From: Halocafeteria seosinensis
Taxonomy: Eukaryota
Assembly (NCBI GenBank): GCA_001687465.1
Contig: LVLI01000316.1
Coordinates: forward strand, 1 to 64,000
DNA: 64,000 nt
Direction of reading: 5' to 3'
Below are positions 60,969 through 64,000 of the stretch, one piece after another. The notes beneath the pieces were generated by a model. That model saw nothing but the letters and a program-made list of their open reading frames with translations, searched no databases and was not told the DNA's origin. Positions within the stretch are counted from its first letter, which is position 1. Each line of letters begins with the position of its first letter. Position numbers and translations under genes: made by a program.

Positions 60969-61272
60969 TGCGTGAGAACTACTCAGCGCTGGATAGCAAA
61001 AGCTGAAGGGATCAGCAAGTGCCCTTCAGCATATATAATTTTTTTTCTTGTTTGAAAAAGAATATTAAATGAACACAGTTTGTACCGCAATTGACCTGTA
61101 TTTACTTACCTTCAAAGTTAAAGCATCGCTTGTGCGGCGCAATCCGCTTCGTCGCGCCTCAAGTTGAAGTTTTGACCACCACGCATTGATAAGGCTATGT
61201 TGTATTGTTTGTGTTGATGAACTGTGTCTAGTCTCCTGGTCTTTCAATGCCGGCAGTCTCTGGGCCAGAGCA

Positions 61273-62836
61273 ATGGGAGGGAGACGGGGTTTGTGGTCCC
61301 TTGGTGTGGTAGTGATCTTGCAAATATGCAATTCTTATGCACATGACGGTGTTGTACTGGATTTAACGAGGCATGTACGCTCCACAGCAGATTCTTCTTC
61401 ACTGGGCAAGCACGTGTACCCTTTGAGGTACATTAATTCCGTGCTGTATGTGGGCGAGGTGGGAGTGGGAACGCCACCGCAGAAAATGTGGCTGCAGTTT
61501 GATACAGGAAGTGCTGATGTAAGTACAAGTCAAGAGCCTTGGTCAAGTATCGCTCCCGTTTTGTCATGTCTCAGTGTATGCAGTTATGGAGCTTTTCAAA
61601 GAAGAGCGATCTGGGACCTCAGCCACACTTCCAGCACAGCACGTTCGATCGTGATAAAAGCAGCACATTCCATGCGGAAGGAGATCCCAACGGAGTCAAA
61701 CTTAGTTATGGAAGCGGCTCCTTGCATGTTCAATCGGCTAAGGACAAAGTTACTCTTGGAGGTAAACAGTTGGGATATTTTCTTTTAGGAATAGCTGATA
61801 ATGAGATTGGACCCTTCAAGGACTTTCCCATGGATGGGATCCTTGGTTTGGCGTTTCCCACTGAAGCAGTCATCACCACCACTTCACCACTGCAAGAATT
61901 TTGTCACCAACTGGATGTTCCGACCCTTATTACGTTTTATTTGACGAATACAAGTGCCCCTCAATTCATCGTTGGGTCGAGTCGGAGTGGACACGAACTC
62001 ACTCAGACTACGTGGGTACCATTGGAAAATAGCAATGGGCGGTATATGGCATACAAAGTGAAAATATATCACGCGACTAGAGACCAGTTTAAGTTTGCGA
62101 ATGGAACATCTGTTGCGTCGAAAGATTTTTGTGACAACGATTGCACAGGCATTGTTGATACAGGGACGACGCTGCTCCTAGTTCCTACGGATTTGTACAA
62201 CAACCTCGTAGACGTAATTTGCAACATTGCCGGATGCACAAGCAAGCATATTCTGCGAGGAAGTTGGGAATTTAGTCAGTTCCCCAATATGACGTTCACA
62301 ATGGCAATTGATGGAAAAGAAAAGGTAAGCGCCCAACCAGGTTCACTGTGCTGATCCTCTTGCTTAGGTATGTTTCATGGTCGGCACAGCTGCAAGACTT
62401 CACAATTCCGGCCACAGCTTTCGTGGGGAATTGCGACAAAGGGAAGTAAGTAAAGCAGACACTAAGTAGAGTCGCTAACGTTCCCTGCAAAGAGTTTTTT
62501 GTCCTCCGTGCGCGCAGATGCCACCTACTGGTTGGATCATCCGACAGCTTCCTTTTGGGAGATCCGTGGCTTCGAGCTTTTCAAGGCTCGTTTGATATGG
62601 ATAATAAACGCGTTGGGTTCGCTGCTGCAACTGAAGGCGCGGAGTCCACTGCATCAAGCTTTGATTACCCGAGTACTCCGTGGTACAAAAAGATCTGGGT
62701 ATGGGTAGTCATCATATTAGTGCTATCGTGTGGGATTTGCCTGGTCCTGTCTATCTGGCGAGCTTGCAAGAAGAAAGGCCCAGAGGAGTCTCAGGAATCC
62801 ACGGGAGACTTTCGTTACTTCTATGCTGACATATAA
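61273..62836 (+). CDS. Membrane-anchored pepsin-family (A1) aspartic protease, about 4 exons
   Basis: Signal peptide; QFDTGSAD|LW, YGSG, DGILGLAF, IVDTGTT, LGDPWLR; C-terminal TM. Confidence 0.92.
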
Positions 62837-63223
62837 CACTCCCGACAGTATTCCTAGGTGGATGATAGCATTACTGAAACGCAGTCTGTCAGACGCAAAG
62901 AGATTTTCGCTCTGCTTCTGCGAAGAAGATAATTCTAATCTTCGTGAAGTACGTGTTGCCATGAACGGGGATGTCACCTCCTCCTGCGGGAAGTGGGGAT
63001 TCCATGGGATTCCACGTGAACTTCTTGAAGTTTGGTGTTTTTGCTGCCCCGACTCGAGTAAACACTGGTATATACAATTTTGTGTCATTGTTCCCAATAA
63101 TCATTAACCTTGTATACCGCCTGTATTCTTTTAATGGACTCTGGTGCTCTTTTTCCCACTACTTGATTTGAGAACACTATCGTGTAGCTTACTTGCTTCC
63201 GACCTGGAACATTATACATTACT

Positions 63224-64000
63224 ATGGCGAGTGCTGCAGCCTCTAATAACAATGATAATGATGGCGATGAGGAGATGGAGGACTTTGTATCGGATATTCA
63301 AGGCGAAATAGGCCAATTTTTCGAGCTTGCGGGGGTCAATTTCGATGAAATTCCTGAGGATTCCAACCCAGCCCCATCTACATCTCATGAACAGCATGTA
63401 GGCCATGAGAATAATGATAATGATGATCATGAAGATGAAGATGAGTTGGGAGATCATGAGGAATTCATGAGAGGAATCCAAGCTACTCTGTCCTATGTTG
63501 GAGGCAAGCCTGGAATTCACCCTCCATGCTGGATGATGATGCAATTAACACGACTACGGGTATTTATTTTATGCAGATGAGAGCTTGTTGGAGGAAGAGT
63601 ATACGCAGGAGTTAAGAATTCCTGGAGAAAAGAGAACGAAAAAGCAGAATTCCAAGGTATGTTTTGCACCCCTTTCTGTGTGGTCTTCACATAGACAAGG
63701 GCATGATACATACAGCCACATAATGACAAGAATGTTAGCGGTGGAGTATCCGGAAACGCTTCTGAGAACTCCGGAATGGAAACGCGTTCTCGAACGAGAC
63801 AGAGGAATTCTCAAAGGAAATCAGATAGTACATCCACGACCCAGAGAACGCGCCATGATGATGCTCAGAGTAGTGGTGGTACTTCGGCAAAAGCATCAGC
63901 CAAAGCTGATGCTGTTGATACAGGCCAAGACAGTCCGAAACTCGAAAGCGTAGAGGGAACGGAAATGGTAAGTTTCGGAAAACATCTCTGAGAGACTCTT
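63224..64000 (+). CDS. Acidic hypothetical protein, multi-exon, truncated by the window edge
   Basis: ATG-initiated D/E-rich ORF followed by GT-AG-bounded exon-like segments. Confidence 0.5.

Overview
Eukaryotic, gene-dense protist DNA with short (about 65-80 nt) GT-AG introns. A 'CDPMRITKK' Myb-like protein suggests a stramenopile; the species cannot be determined from sequence alone. Housekeeping blocks (22.4-32 kb, 39-40 kb, 42-64 kb) encode CCDC12, RidA, mitochondrial bL28 and mS35, a class IV aminotransferase, DCTN3, PARN, a TPR protein, a sulfotransferase, an ARID protein, PRPF4, TVP23, a Myb-like factor and an aspartic protease. Two accessory, high-turnover regions interrupt them. The first (1-21.5 kb) holds a 5'-truncated RNase H non-LTR retroelement, two abutting TIR elements, three copies of a glycine-rich/mucin/TM receptor-like gene, PA14-mucin genes and relics, an exon-modular LRR gene, and a membrane-anchored P-loop ATPase flanked by a 340-350 bp direct repeat that lies upstream of both the ATPase and the LRR gene. 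The second (32.3-41.5 kb) holds an ADP-ribosyltransferase-like orphan next to an OMA1-like protease, decayed copies of both, a CRE-type retroelement end joined to a PA14 pseudogene, and an LRR pseudogene. No rRNA, tRNA or CRISPR array was recognised. All calls come from reading motifs by eye; exon boundaries are inferred.
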